A DNA stretch of 64,000 nt from Geosiphon pyriformis uo1 (lineage: Eukaryota > Fungi > Glomeromycota). The stretch spans positions 137,479 to 201,478 of the forward strand of contig JAAOMT010000790.1 in assembly GCA_016748015.1 (NCBI GenBank), read 5' to 3'. Positions within the stretch are counted from its first letter, which is position 1. Each line of letters starts with the position of its first letter. Positions 1 through 12,699 of the stretch are shown here, one piece after another. The position numbers and the translations under genes were made by a program. The notes under the pieces were generated by a model that searched no databases, was not told the DNA's origin, and saw only the letters and a list, made by a program, of their open reading frames with translations.

Positions 1-1590
1 AGAATTGACATTATTGCACAAACAGGAATTTGGAAAAGGCTGCCAGTCAAGATGGAAAATGGCACTCTCACCATACACTTATACAATACACTATAAAAAG
101 GGAAAAAACAATGGAAATGCCAACGGTTTGTTATAGATAAGACAAATCTAAGAACATTCCAACCCAAAAATATAACAAAACCAGAACAATACAAACAAAA
201 AATATAACAAAACATGAACACACAAAAATATTAACAACTTCAACACTACATAAACACTCAACAGTTCAAGGAAAATTTATCTCAGACAGAATGACAAAAT
301 ATCAAACAACAATCAAAATATTTTATCAATTACCAAAACATACTTTATTGGAAGAATAGAAAAAATCCAGATCAACCAACCAGAGTAATTACAGAACCAG
401 AAAAGGAGACAATCTTATTCAATATACACTCAGATCCAACTGTAGGACACTTTCACAAAGAAGCAACCATAGAAAGAACCAGAAAAAGATACTATTGGCC
501 ATCAATGTATCCAGACATCATCCAATATGTTCAAAATTGTGATGCTTGTCAAAAAAAAGGAGGAACCAGACCCAGTGAACCATTGAGACCAATTAAAGTG
601 GGACAACCATTTGACCACATTGGAATTAACTTAGTTGGACTGCTAACAATTACCAACAGAGACAACAAATATATTGTCATAGCCATAAACTATCTTACTA
701 AATGGCCAGAGGTGAAAGAAATTCAAAGAGCAGATACAGAATCTGTTGCCGAATTCATTCATCAAGATTTGATTTGTTGACATAGATGTCTAAAAGAGTT
801 GTTATCAGATCAAGGAACTCATTTTGTGAATAGAATATTAGCAGAATTAAGCCAGAGATTCGGAATTAAGAGACCACTATCATCACCATATCATCCACAA
901 ACAAATGGTCTAGTTGAAAAATTCAATAGAACATTGTGTGAAGCAATTGCTAAAATCAGCCAAGAAAACCAAAACGAATGGGATTTGTTTATACCATCAG
1001 TACTATTGGCTTATTAGACAATGAAGCAAGATACTATACACATAACACCATTTAAATTAGTATATGATAGGACAGCAACATTATCAGTTAAAATAGAAGT
1101 CAACATATATCCAACCAAACCAATAACAAAAGAAAATTTCCAAAACACATTGTTAAGAAGAACATATGACTTAATGGAAACTTTAGAAAACAAATGGCAA
1201 AGAGCAGCTGATAACATTCAAAAGTCACAAGAAAAACAAAAAGAAAGGCATGATAACCAACTACCAGATAAACCAGTTGAATTCAAGATTGGAGACAAAG
1301 TACTCTTACATTGTACCAAAGTAGAAAAACAATGGAATGGAAAATTTGACCCCAAATGAGATGAATCATTTCACATAGAAAAAATTCTAGAAAATAGAGC
1401 TTATAAATTAAGATTGAACAACAAAATTTTAACCAAAGCAGCATATGGTGATCAACTGAAACCATACCACAATATAGTATCATTATTTACCAGTAATATA
1501 CCACAACTAAGAGTACAGAGAATACTAGTCCAACCAGAGAAGATTTCATGAGACCTGGAACCAATTATCATCATTGACAACAACACATTA
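1..1590 (+). pseudogene. Ty3/Gypsy element 1, degenerate pol 3' part (integrase: HHCC zinc finger, rve core, GPY/F-like C-terminus)
   Basis: Stop-broken frames give H-x5-GH...YYWP.MY.DI..YV..CDACQK, IN(D)YLTKWPE, LSDQGTHF, SSPYHPQTNGLVEKFNRTL, FKIGDKVLL, DPK*DESFHIEKIL..AYKL. Confidence 0.92.
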
Positions 1591-1650
1591 AATTAATTGA
1601 CCAAAGGAATATAAAAAGACATGGTTGACGTGACAAAAGATACCAGAAAA

Positions 1651-2280
1651 ATGGAAATTACCGACAATATTCACTCACTAACATAGCAACTCTTTCAATT
1701 GATTCAACACCAAGAAATGAAGATTACAATCAATCAATAAATCATTCGATACAAAGACACTACAAAAGTACTATGACACAAAGTACAGAGAAAAACTGAA
1801 AATATGGTCAACAAAATAATTACCAAAATAAAATTGGCCATAAAAGAACCACAAATAGTGAAACAATACCAAGAGTTATCTAGAGAAACTTGGAATTGGT
1901 GGTTACAACAATTTTCAAGAAACTTTTGTTATTTTCACTTGGAACAACACATGAATATACAAAACTTATATACAAATCAGACCAAATATGTATTCAATAA
2001 AGCTATACTACAGCAATTGAAACAATTCATAAGAAAGAACAACTTATCCACACAAGCATAAGCAATATATTGAATACACATAATATTTCAAGACCAACCA
2101 GAAATACTACTCGATAAAGCAATGAACACTGTTACCAGTAATCAATTGGGAAAAATCACTAATGCTCAATTTGAAGAATTACAGACTCAGATAATGCAAA
2201 TAATTCTCAAACAAGAAGTACAAGAAATAATTCAAGAAAGTAAATTAAAAGAGTTAGATTTTGACGGAGCTTAATATTAA
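1651..2280 (+). pseudogene. Additional ~210-codon ORF between integrase and PPT of Gypsy element 1 (unknown function)
   Basis: Single frame from ATG 1651 (MEITDNIHSLT.QLFQ) to TAA 2280 with a few point-mutation stops; a homologous ORF is present at 7468-8109. Confidence 0.7.
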
Positions 2281-2293
2281 AAGGAGAGAATAA
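2279..2293 (+). promoter_or_regulatory. Polypurine tract of Gypsy element 1
   Basis: AAAAGGAGAGAATAA immediately before the LTR start TGTTAC; equivalent AAAAAGAGGGGATAA at 8108-8122. Confidence 0.8.
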
Positions 2294-3044
2294 TGTTACT
2301 TATAAAATATAGGAAGTATATTAGCATAAATATCAGCCAATCAGATGTAGACATAATAAAAGTGGAATTCCAGGATTCCTGTCGTGAGGAATTGAAGAAT
2401 TGAGAAATCTCAATTATGTATATATAGCAGTAGCATTAGAAACAGAAAAGACAGAATCTATTAGAATAGAATTCATAGGTTAGAAATCTCAGATATCACA
2501 ATCACTATCAATAAATATACTTATTTCTTTCTCATCTAAAATCTCCACTATCAGCATTTCATGTTGATAGTAATCTATACTTGATCACACTGAAACAATA
2601 GCTCTTGATCATGATTATTGATAAGATACTAACCAAATTGCCTTGGCATATTTCTTTATTTCCTTTTCTTTAGTCTTATTTTATTTTCTTTTCTTTATTT
2701 TTCTTTTCTTGATTTACTGTTGGATACTAACTGATTAAAAAATAAAGTGCTGAGTTATTAACGTCAAGGATAGCCTGGTAAAAGACCCAGAAATAAGGAT
2801 AGATTATATATATTATCGGATAGCTTACTAGAAGAGCACGACTGCCAGAATAAATCTGACTATCAAGCTGAGAAAAAAATTGGGAAAACAACTTACCAAC
2901 AACAATAACATCAACATTGAATCTCTGTCTATTATACAAAAGACTCCATCAAAACCTTCAGATTATTATCAACATAAATAGTTTTTGAGCACCAAGTTAC
3001 AGGTTTATTATTTGATTTGAGATCCCAAATACTCACTTGTAACA
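2294..3044 (+). mobile_element. 3' LTR of Gypsy element 1
   Basis: Starts TGTTAC after the PPT, ends TGTAACA; internal TATATATA and AATAAA; homologous to 8123-8873 and to rc 5358-6249. Confidence 0.88.
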
Positions 3045-3290
3045 ACACTTATAATTGAGAATAGCTTACCAAAAAATTGCTGGCCACCACACCGAAAAAA
3101 AATTGATAGAATTGTAATTCTAGGAAGTAATGGATAAAACAACTATTGAATTTTTGTTTATTATACAAAGGACTTAAACTAAAACTTTCAGATACCAAAA
3201 ATCTTCAGATAATACCCATTGTATCAGATTCTAAGCACCAAGTTATGGGTTTGTTATTTAATTTGAGACTCCAAATAATTACCTGTAACA
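3045..3290 (+). mobile_element. Distal part of the 5' LTR of Gypsy element 2 (interrupted by element 1)
   Basis: ACACTTATAATTGAGAATAGCTTAC...TGTAACA matches the last ~250 bp of the LTR at 8123-8873; followed by a PBS. Confidence 0.85.
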
Positions 3291-3292
3291 TT

Positions 3293-3308
3293 TGGTGCTC
3301 CCTGTGAG
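3293..3308 (+). promoter_or_regulatory. Primer-binding site, possibly tRNA-Ile(UAU)
   Basis: TGGTGCTCCCTGTGAG two bases after the LTR end; resembles the complement of eukaryotic tRNA-Ile(UAU) 3' ends (..CTCAC..GGAGCACCA). The tRNA identity is inferred. Confidence 0.65.
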
Positions 3309-3354
3309 ATTTAATCCAACAAAAAACCAGCACCAATAGCAACCATTCAAAACA

Positions 3355-5233
3355 GTGGCAGAATCAGAAAAACTAGAAACAAACCACTTGGGATTTGTAA
3401 AATTTTTATTTTAGCATTACAAAAGTCATCTTGGATTGACAAATAATAATTGGCCAGCAAAATTAGCTTTTAATTGCTATATCAATGAAAGAATTGTATA
3501 TTATTTGGGAGGCCAAGAAGATCCAGAATCTATCTTCAACAATTTCTTTAGTAAATTACTTCAAAATACCACACTGCCACAGAATCATCTATTTGTGCCA
3601 ATAATTACAAAAATAAACAGAGAAATTAAAAAGTACACTAAACAAAAATTTTTCATCACCTTTGTTAACAAAAGAAAAGAAAGATTACAAATACCAGCAA
3701 AAACTCTAAAGCAAATACAATTACCCATGTAAAAGAAACAGATATTTGATTTATCTGCTAATCCATCATATCACTACACATCCAAAAGCATCATCAATAT
3801 AATAAGCACATCCACAACAAATACAACAACACCAATAAACAGAATCCTATTCCAAAGTAAACAAAAAAAAGCAGAGTTATTAGAAACATATGGTAATTAT
3901 TTTGAGGAATTTAAATTATAATTCTCAACACCATTAGAAGTTTGATTACTACCACCACAACCTGATTTTGGAGCTGCTAGTTTTTGGAAAATAACCAACT
4001 CCAAAAAAGAGGAAGATAGTAATCAGGAAATAAATAATCAAAACCCGATTTCAGAAAACCTGGAAATCCTAAACTCTGATTGTTTCAACTCAGCAAAATC
4101 AGAACAATTCAAATCCCATTATCATTAATTAACCAAACTTACCTTCAGAAATTATAATTAATCTATTATCAGTTGTCCCAATTATTGAACAACAACCTTA
4201 GCCACAGTCATTACTTCAACAACCAAACCCACCACAACAATTAATTGCAGCACCAATAGCCTACACTCTAATTGCAAAACTTGAAAAGTTTACTGGCAAA
4301 GAAGATAATATCCAAGCCTGGTTAAATAATGTTATTAAAGCAATTACAACTAATAACTAAGATGACACCACTTCAAGCAATCTCATATTTTTTCCAAAAT
4401 ACTGCCAATTTATAGTACAGAATCTTGTTAACAAACCACCAAACTTTAACATGTTTAAAACTGTGTTTTTATAACATTTTAGTGATAATAATAATATTAA
4501 CTGCCTAGTCAATAGTTTTACCACAATTAAATAAGGTGATACTAAAGCAGTCACCACCTACTTGAAACATTTTTACAAAAATCTGTGCCAAATACAAGTT
4601 ATTGAAGCTAACTACTTCACAACACCACAGATTCTGAATCAGTTTATTCACAGGTTACATAGCAGTTTGCTACAGAAAGTATGTTCAATACACCCAAATA
4701 CACTCCAAAATGCAGTCACATATGCCTGAGATTTTAAATCAGCAGAGTTAGAAGCCCACCACACCTAAGTCATAAATCTAGTAATGAATAGATTATTTGA
4801 CTTGGATTCCAAATTAAAACAATTCAGTAATTTTATTAATTAGAGACTTGAAGGATACTTAATTAATAATAATCAAACAATTTATCAATCTTTACAATAG
4901 CAAAATAATCAAGAAAACTCCAATTATTTTCAAAATCAGTTATGACTATTATCATCAACTAATTAATCATGACAATCAGAGATGTACATCTGTCATAATT
5001 GTAGAAAACAAGGCTATATTAAAATAAATTGTCATGCCAAAATTGATAAACAACAATTGAAAAATCAATATAAAAACCTTAATTGCCAGTTTTAAACTCC
5101 AAATTACTACTCAAATCAAGATCAATACCAATCCCATTATTCACCTATGATACAGCAAATCTACTTACTCCCAATATATCAAACTCTGATATCTATAATA
5201 TATCAACTATAGCCACAAATTATTTATTAACTC
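3355..5233 (+). pseudogene. Degenerate gag of Gypsy element 2
   Basis: Follows the PBS; IAKLEKFTGKEDNIQAWL gag-type motif near 4270; zinc-knuckle relic CHNCRKQGYIKINC at ~4991-5032; many CAA/CAG->stop changes. Confidence 0.75.
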
Positions 5234-5357
5234 CAACAACAATCCAAATATTTTATTACTCACCAAAATATATTATATTGGAAAAACAGAAAGAATTCAG
5301 ATCAACCACTTAGAGTAATTACAGAATCAAAAAAAGAAACAATACTATACAACATGC

Positions 5358-6249
5358 TGTTACAAGTAATTATTTAGGGTCTTAGATTAAATAACAAACC
5401 TGTAACTTGGTGCTTAATAGCTAATATAATAGTAACAATTTCTGAAAATTTTGGTGTTCTAAAGGTTTTGGTTAAGTTTTTTGTATAATAGACAGAGATT
5501 TAATAGTCATTTTCAGTAGTCTCTTGAAATCACAATTCCATTTATTTTTTTCTCAGCTTGATGGCTGGCAATTCTCTGGTAAGTAATTCTTAGTTTTAAG
5601 TATTTATTCTTTTACTTGGAGTCTTTTACCAGACAATTTTTGATGTCAGTAATTCAGTGCTTAATCCTTAATCAATTAGTATACAACAAATAAAAAAAAA
5701 TAAAAAATAAAAATAAAAAAAAGTAAAAAAGTAAAAAATTTAAGCCAAAACAATGAGAAATTAGTATTCCATCAATAGTCATAATTAAGAGCTATTGTTC
5801 TAGTGTGATTAAATATGGGTTATTATTAACATGAAGTATTGATAGTAGACAATTGGATTGATATAATTAATAAGTATATTTTATTAATAGTGTAAATATA
5901 TAGATGCTAACTAAAAAGTAGAACTTGGATGTCTGTTTTTTTTGTTTCTAATGCTACCACTATATATACATAATTAAAATTTCTCAATTTTTTAATTTTT
6001 TGTACCAAGAATCCTGAAATTTCTGGAATTCTGCAATTTCTTAAGAGAAATCCTGGAATTCTAAAATCCTGCAATTTTTTATCTAAAAATCTTGAAATTC
6101 TGGAATCTTGCAATTTTTTTGAGAGAAATCCTAAAATTTTGGAATCCTGTAATTCCTTTGAAAGGAATTCTGAAATTTCTTATTTACTACATCTACTTCT
6201 GATTGGCTAATTTATGTGTTAATATAATTTTTCTATTTTATGAGTAATA
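5358..6249 (-). mobile_element. Solo LTR (Gypsy family) inserted in reverse orientation with 4-bp TSD ATGC
   Basis: Reverse complement of the same LTR family; ATGC at 5354-5357 and 6250-6253; integrase coding resumes exactly across it. Confidence 0.9.
6010..6180. repeat. ~39-bp tandem repeat x~4.3 inside the solo LTR, built from ~9-bp AATCCTGGA-like subunits
   Basis: Units such as AATCCTGGAATTCTAAAATCCTGCAATTTTTTATCTAAA recur at ~39-bp spacing. Confidence 0.8.
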
Positions 6250-7467
6250 ATGCACTCAAATCTGACAGCAGAACATTTTCATAAAGAAGCAACCATGGAA
6301 AAAACCAGAAAAAGATATTATTGGCCATCAATATATCCAGACATTATTCAATACATTCAAAATTGTGATACTTGTCAGAAAAGAAGAAAAACAAGATCTA
6401 GTAAGCCATAAAAACCAATTAAAATGAAACAATCATTTGACAAAATTGGAATTGACTTAGTCAGACTATTAACAATAACCAACAAAAACAACTATTACAT
6501 AGCAATAGCCATGAACTATCTTATAAAATGGCCAGAGGCAAAAGCAATTCAAAGAGCAGATACAGAATCTATAGCCAAATTTGTTTACCAAGATCTAATT
6601 TGTCGACACAGATATCTAAAAAAATTATTATCAGATCAAGAAATGCATTTTGTAAACAAAACATTAGCAGAATTAAGCCAAAGATTTGGAATTAAAAGAC
6701 CATTATCATCACCATATTACCCACAAACAAATGGTTTAGTGGAAAGATTCAACAGAACATTGTGTAAAGCAATAACCAAAATCAGTTAAGAAAACCAGAA
6801 TAAATGGAATTTAATTATTTCATTAGTATTATTTGTTTATCAAACAATAAAACAAGATATCATATAAGCAATACCATTTGAATTTGTTTATAATAGAACA
6901 GCAACATTATCAATTGAGATAGATATTAACATATATCCAATGAAACCAATAACAGAAGCCAATTTCCAAAAAACATTGCTAAGAAAAATGTACAAATTAA
7001 TGAAAACATTAGAAAACAAAAGACAAAGAGCAGCTAATAACATCCAAAAGTCACAAAAAAAACAACATGATAACCAATTACCAGATAAACTAATGGAATT
7101 CAGAATTGGAGACAAAGTACTCTTATATTGTACCAAAGTAAAAAAACAATAGAGTGGAAAATTTGATCCCAAATGGGATGGACCATTTTACATAGAAAAG
7201 ATTCTAAGAAATGAAGCTTACAAACTAAGATAGGACAACAAAATTTTAGCCAAAACAGCACATAGTAATCAACTGAAATCATATCACAATACAGTATTAT
7301 TATTGACCAATAATATTTTACAACTAGGAGTACAATGAATACTAGTCCAACCAGATAAGATTCTATGAAATTTAAAACCAATTATAATCATTGATTCAAA
7401 CACATCAAATTGATTGCCCAAAAGAGTATATAAAGACACAGTATATGCAACAAAAAAACCAAAAAAA

Positions 7468-8109
7468 ATGGAAATACCAGATCATATTCACACCTTAGCT
7501 TAACAATTATTTCAGGTCTTAAATTAACAATAATTAAACATAGAAATTGTTATCAGCCACCAAACAATCTGCTATCAGAACACCAAACAAGATAAAAAAG
7601 CAAAGAATACACCATACCAGTAACCACAGAACCAATCAAGAAACTGGTCAGATAAAATAGTAGAAAAAGTAAAGAACACTTTTGGAAAAATACTTATCAT
7701 GGTTCCAACAGAAAAACTTTCAACAGAAAATTAGAACCAGTAAATAAAACAACTTCCAATACCATATTGCTACTATCAGTTAGAACAAAAGTTAGATATT
7801 CAAAAATTATATCTTAATAAAGCTAAAAGAATATTCAATTAAGAGATAATACAGAATATCAAAAACATTATTGGAAAAAAAACAAATCTGATACTACATA
7901 TTAGAACAATCTATTGATTACACACAATATTTCAAAACTACTCAGAAATATTGTTATACCTTGACATGAAAACAATAACCATTAACCAATGGAAAAGAAT
8001 GAACAATTCACAAATTGAAGATATAAGAACCAGAGTTAAACAAACAATACTAAAAAGAAAAGTCATAAAACTAATTCAAAATGAAGATTTCAACAGAGCT
8101 CAATATTAA
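7468..8109 (+). pseudogene. Additional ORF before the PPT in Gypsy element 2 (homologue of 1651-2280)
   Basis: MEIPDHIHTLA.QLFQ ... YYQLEQKLDIQKLY ... IY.LHTIFQN.SEILL ... DFNRAQY*; the stop abuts the PPT. Confidence 0.7.
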
Positions 8110-8122
8110 AAAGAGGGGATAA

Positions 8123-8873
8123 TATTACTCATAAAAAAAAGCATACAAAAAAAATAGTAAGAAAAAACAAATAGACCAATAAAAAAATAGTAGTTAACAC
8201 ATGAGCACATTGCTTAAAAAATTATAGCACATTGTTCAAGAATGTAAGTAATCTCATAGAACCCAAATTATGTATATATAGCAAGAGCATTAAAAGCAAA
8301 AAAGAAAGAAGTATCAAGATTTTTCTATTAAAAACATCTTAGTTAGAATTATTAATATCAATAAATAATTATTTGCTATCTAAATTACTTTCTTTACTAT
8401 TAATACTTCATGTTAATAATATTCGATACTTGATTACACTAGAACAATAGTTCTTGATTATGACTATTGATGAGATACTAACTTTTATTGTCTTGGCTTA
8501 TTTTCTTTACTTTCTCTTTATTTATTTTTTTTAAGTTTTGTTTATTTGTTGTTTACTAATTAATTAATACACAAAGGTACTAATATCAGGATATAGCACT
8601 AATAAAAAACCCAGAAATAAAGATAAACACTTATAATTGAGAATAGCTTACTAGGAGATTGCCAGCCATCACACCAAGAAAAAAATTGACAAAATTGCAA
8701 TTTTAGGAAACAACAGATAAAACAATCATTGAATCTCTGTTCATTATACAAAAAACTTAAACCAAAACCTTTAAATACCAAAAACCTTCAAATAATATCT
8801 ATTGTATCAACTTCTAAGTACCAAGTTATGAATTTGTTATTTAATTTAAGATCCCAAATAATTATCTGTAACA
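8123..8873 (+). mobile_element. 3' LTR of Gypsy element 2
   Basis: T(A)TTACTC start after the PPT, TGTAACA end; flanked on the right by LINE ORF1 sequence. Confidence 0.85.
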
Positions 8874-10365
8874 GCACCCAAAATTTGTTACCAAAGGCAG
8901 CAGAATAAAAAATCAGAACATTTTTTTTTGCATACAATCTTACCAACTAAAGATGATAATCTACTAAAGCAATTTTTTTAAATGTTTTCAAAAACCTAAA
9001 AGTAAACACAATTGGTGTATTACACTCTAAAGCAAAATATCCAAAATACTTACACTTCTTGCAACAAACCAAATTCATTCTAGTCCAAAAGAGCTTTACT
9101 TTACCAAAAATAAGCTTTGTGCAAAAGGCCAATTCCAATTTTTCATCAGATTTAAAGCCAACTACAGCACAGTGAATTCTATTATCAGTGTTTAATGACC
9201 AATTAATAATACATGTTTTCTTACCAGCCCTTTCCAAAAAAGTTCCAAGATTATGGACTGTTGTTCCTATTAGCAAAGTAAACAGAAGTGCTCTAAACTG
9301 ATTCTTTAATGCCCAGACATCTTGATTTTTTATGGCTTTAACCACATGTATTAAATCTTTTCCAATTAAAAATGACTATCTTGCTACCAATTGATTGCTC
9401 TGAGCCAATTTGACAAACTTTATCACAGTCTTTTATTACAGTCCAACCAATTGTAATTGAATTGACATTATCTTATCAAACTTGGCTATTGTGACAATAA
9501 TCATATCTTTTGGCATATTTATAAGAATTTATTTGATAATTACAGTCCAATCTAATCAAATTCTTTGTCTTTTAAAATTATTATTTACTTTTGTTCTTTT
9601 TTTTTAGCCAATAACACAGTTTTGTTTATGCTCTCTTCTAATGTAAACATTGATCTGATGATTTTTTCAAACTTTGAAGAAGTAGTGGCCTCTTTAAAAC
9701 CATTGACAATTGAAAAAAATTTTCTAATGAGCTGAATTTTGGCCATTGCTAATTTCTTTTTTACAGCCGAAAGATTAATGTCTAATATAAATAATTTTTT
9801 TACAGCCATCTTGACCTAAGTTTTTACTATTTTTGGGTCAATCCACTTTTTGTTAAGAGAAATGTTAAGAAAAGAGGGGAAAGGATTTTTATTATCATCT
9901 ATTTTAAAGTTAATCACACTGATAAGAGAGTCATTAATTAGACCAGTATTAACTCTTTTTGTTTTAAGAGTTGTTGCTGCTAAGCCAAAAATAAAGCCAC
10001 CACCAAAACTTATTGCAGCACCAACAAATTTATCTTTACTAAGCTCACCATTTATATTTAAAAACACTCCACTATTAAGACTAGGTTTGATTAAAGAAAT
10101 TTTTTTTTGTCATCTGAATGCTTAATATTGCTTATTAAAATCTTTTTTTCCTAAGAAAAAGTATTATTAATGGGACCATAAAGAGCTTCTTTAAGTGTTT
10201 TTTTTTAGACATAATAATACCAGAAGCAGCCTTTAGATTTACCACAAAAAAATTACTAATTTAAGAAATATTAAAAGTAATATAACAGAAAAAACAAAAA
10301 CAAAAATTTTTTCATAGAAAAAATACTTTTTGAAAAATTTGGAAAGTAAGAAAAAAAGTAGTTTT
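8874..10365 (-). mobile_element. LINE copy Z: 5' UTR and N-terminal ORF1, interrupted by Gypsy element 2
   Basis: Homologous to 20110-20740 followed by rc 31710-30960 (DINLSAV, VNGF..ATT.SKF, FRALLFTL, KTCIIN, CKKCKYFGY.ALEC). Confidence 0.85.
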
Positions 10366-10859
10366 ATTATCTGATATATCTTTAAGCAAATTTTTAATTA
10401 ATATTAATTAATTTTTAAACATAAAAATTAATTCAGATAAAAAATAAATAATATTTTATTGGTTAATAATAATTATTAAAAATAAAACTTATTTTAATTT
10501 TAAAACAAATATTTTTAAAGTAAAATAAATTAACACTAATAATATAAATAATTCTTTTATTAAAACTCTAAATTATAATATTAATAATAAGAAAATATTT
10601 TATTTTATTTTATTTTATTGTTTTAGATAAATTAATTTTAAAATAATAAAAACTCCAATAAAAAATTATTTATATTAAATATCAATTTAATTATTATTAA
10701 AAAAAATCTGTTATGATAAGATTAATAATTAAATAATTGTTTTTTATAAATAAATTTAAAAAAACTATTATCTTTTTAAAATTTAAAAAAAAAATTAAAC
10801 TTTTATTTTTAAAAAAAAATATAAATAAAACTGAAATTTTAATAATCAAAAGAAAATTT

Positions 10860-11212
10860 AATTCATGCTAAGCATTGTGCTTATATGGAAAAGAATGGAT
10901 TGATCCCACTGGATGGTTCAGCCATCATCTCAGTTCATGGTTTGGCTTCAAGGTTTTCTGTAGGAGTGGTTAAGTTACTTGGCATCATTGATGCTTTAGG
11001 TGTTCATTTTGGTTTTCACAAGCCTTGTTTGTTCTTTTCAGGTTTAGGTGATTCGGTATCAGTTTATATAGCTGCATAGTATTGTTCTGATTGGTCTGAG
11101 TGGCTGGTCACGTGTAGAAAGTGCATGATTCATGCCTAGTTTAGATCAATTCTTTGATGTATAGCACTAGGTAGTATTTGGACCTTACTTGTTAAGCATT
11201 AATAAAAAAAAA
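10860..11212 (+). mobile_element. 5'-truncated LINE 3' end (copy A) with poly(A) and 12-bp TSD
   Basis: ORF2 C-terminus (MEKNGLIPLDGS..VHFGFHKPCLFFSG), shared 3' UTR, AATAAA-poly(A); TSD AAAAGAAAATTT at 10848-10859 and 11209-11220. Confidence 0.85.
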
Positions 11213-11691
11213 GAAAATTTTGGTTAATAATAATTTTAAAAAACAAAAAATTGTTATAATAATTAAATTATAAATATGTTTAAGAAAATAATTGTTTTAA
11301 TTTTATTTAAGTTTAATTAAATAATATCAAATTAATTGTAGTTTATTAAACTATAACAAAAACCTAATAAAATTTATTAAATTAAATCAGATTAATCTAA
11401 TATTTATATAATTAATTTAAATTAACAAAAATTTAGAACATATAATTAAAACTAATATAGATTAAACAGTTTAATTATTAAAATATTGTTTTAAAATATT
11501 GTTATTTATTTTATTTAAAAATACAATTGTATATAATCTTGGTATTTTTTTAAAAAAACTTATATTATAAATAATTAAATAATATATTAATCTGTAAATT
11601 GGTGTTTTAAGTTTGTTAATTTATTTGAAAATTTTGGTTAATTAAATTTTTTATATAATAGACAAAAATTTGTTAGTAATAATAAACAGTA

Positions 11692-12307
11692 TTTTTTTTT
11701 TTTTTCATTTAATGAATGAGGTCCAAACACTACCTAATATAATAAATCAGCTAAGTGATCTAAATTAGACATGAATCATGTATTTTTTACATGTAACCAG
11801 TTACTCAAACTAATCAAGACAATACTATGTATCTATATGAATTGAAACCACACTATCTAAACCTGAAAAAAACCAACAAGAACTATAAAAACCAAAACCA
11901 ACACTAAAAGTGTCAGCAATACCCAACAATTTAACTACACTAGCAGAAAGTACTAAAGAAAACCCAGATACTAAGACTGGAAAAAATCCATTATGTGGAA
12001 TTAACTCACTCTTCTTCATAAATATCTGATGTTTAACACAGGCCAACTAAACCTCTTTCCTGAATGCAAGGCCAAATCTGCACATAAAGTCTATAATTGT
12101 CTAATCCGCAATTTTAGAATCATTAAAAATAGAAAAAGATTCCCAATATCAATTATTGAAAACAAAACCCTTGCTCAAAATCACACAAATAGCAATATTA
12201 AAAGAACAGGAACTCAAACATTATGACATACATAATACTGAGTATGATAGACCAGAAATTACCCCCCATTTAGCTGTATAGGTATTTAGCAACTGAACAT
12301 AAACATT
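11692..12307 (-). mobile_element. 5'-truncated LINE 3' end (copy B) with poly(A) and 9-bp TSD
   Basis: Same ORF2 C-terminus and 3' UTR on the minus strand; ACAGTATTT at 11686-11694 and 12308-12316. Confidence 0.82.
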
Positions 12308-12699
12308 ACAGTATTTAATGTTTAATTTTTTTAATATAGTAATTGATTTATTTTAATATTTTTATTTTTTTAATAAATAATTTAATAAATTAATTTTATG
12401 TTTATTTTTGTGTTTTTTATCAATATTATAGTATTAAAAATATAATATTTTTATGTAAAAAAGTACAAAACATATTTGAAAATTAGTATTAAAATTATAA
12501 AAAAAAACTATATTATTAAAATTAAATTAACAAATATTAACTAACAAAAAAGTAAAAGATTAATAATTAACTTAATTATAATCAAATTATAATACAATTT
12601 AATTAAAAATCTAAATTAAATACAAAAAAATCTTAGCAAACTACTTTGTTTTAATAATATTTTTAGATTTTTTGAATTTTTGTTTAATATATAAATTAG

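Larger units (their letters stand above)
5234..7410 (+). pseudogene. Integrase region of Gypsy element 2, split by a solo LTR; protease/RT/RNaseH missing
   Basis: 5234-5357 and 6254-7410 align collinearly with ~305-1590 (FDKIGIDLV, SSPYYPQTNGLVERFNRTL, WDGPFYIEKIL). Confidence 0.88.

Noticed and set aside
2294-3290. Single shared LTR of a tandem (three-LTR) retrotransposon, since a PPT lies on the left and a PBS on the right
   Set aside because: It is a complete LTR ending at 3044 plus the distal fragment of a second LTR; comparison with 8123-8873 shows a nested insertion.
6010-6180. CRISPR-like array
   Set aside because: Contiguous degenerate tandem units with no unique spacers, inside a eukaryotic LTR; no cas genes.
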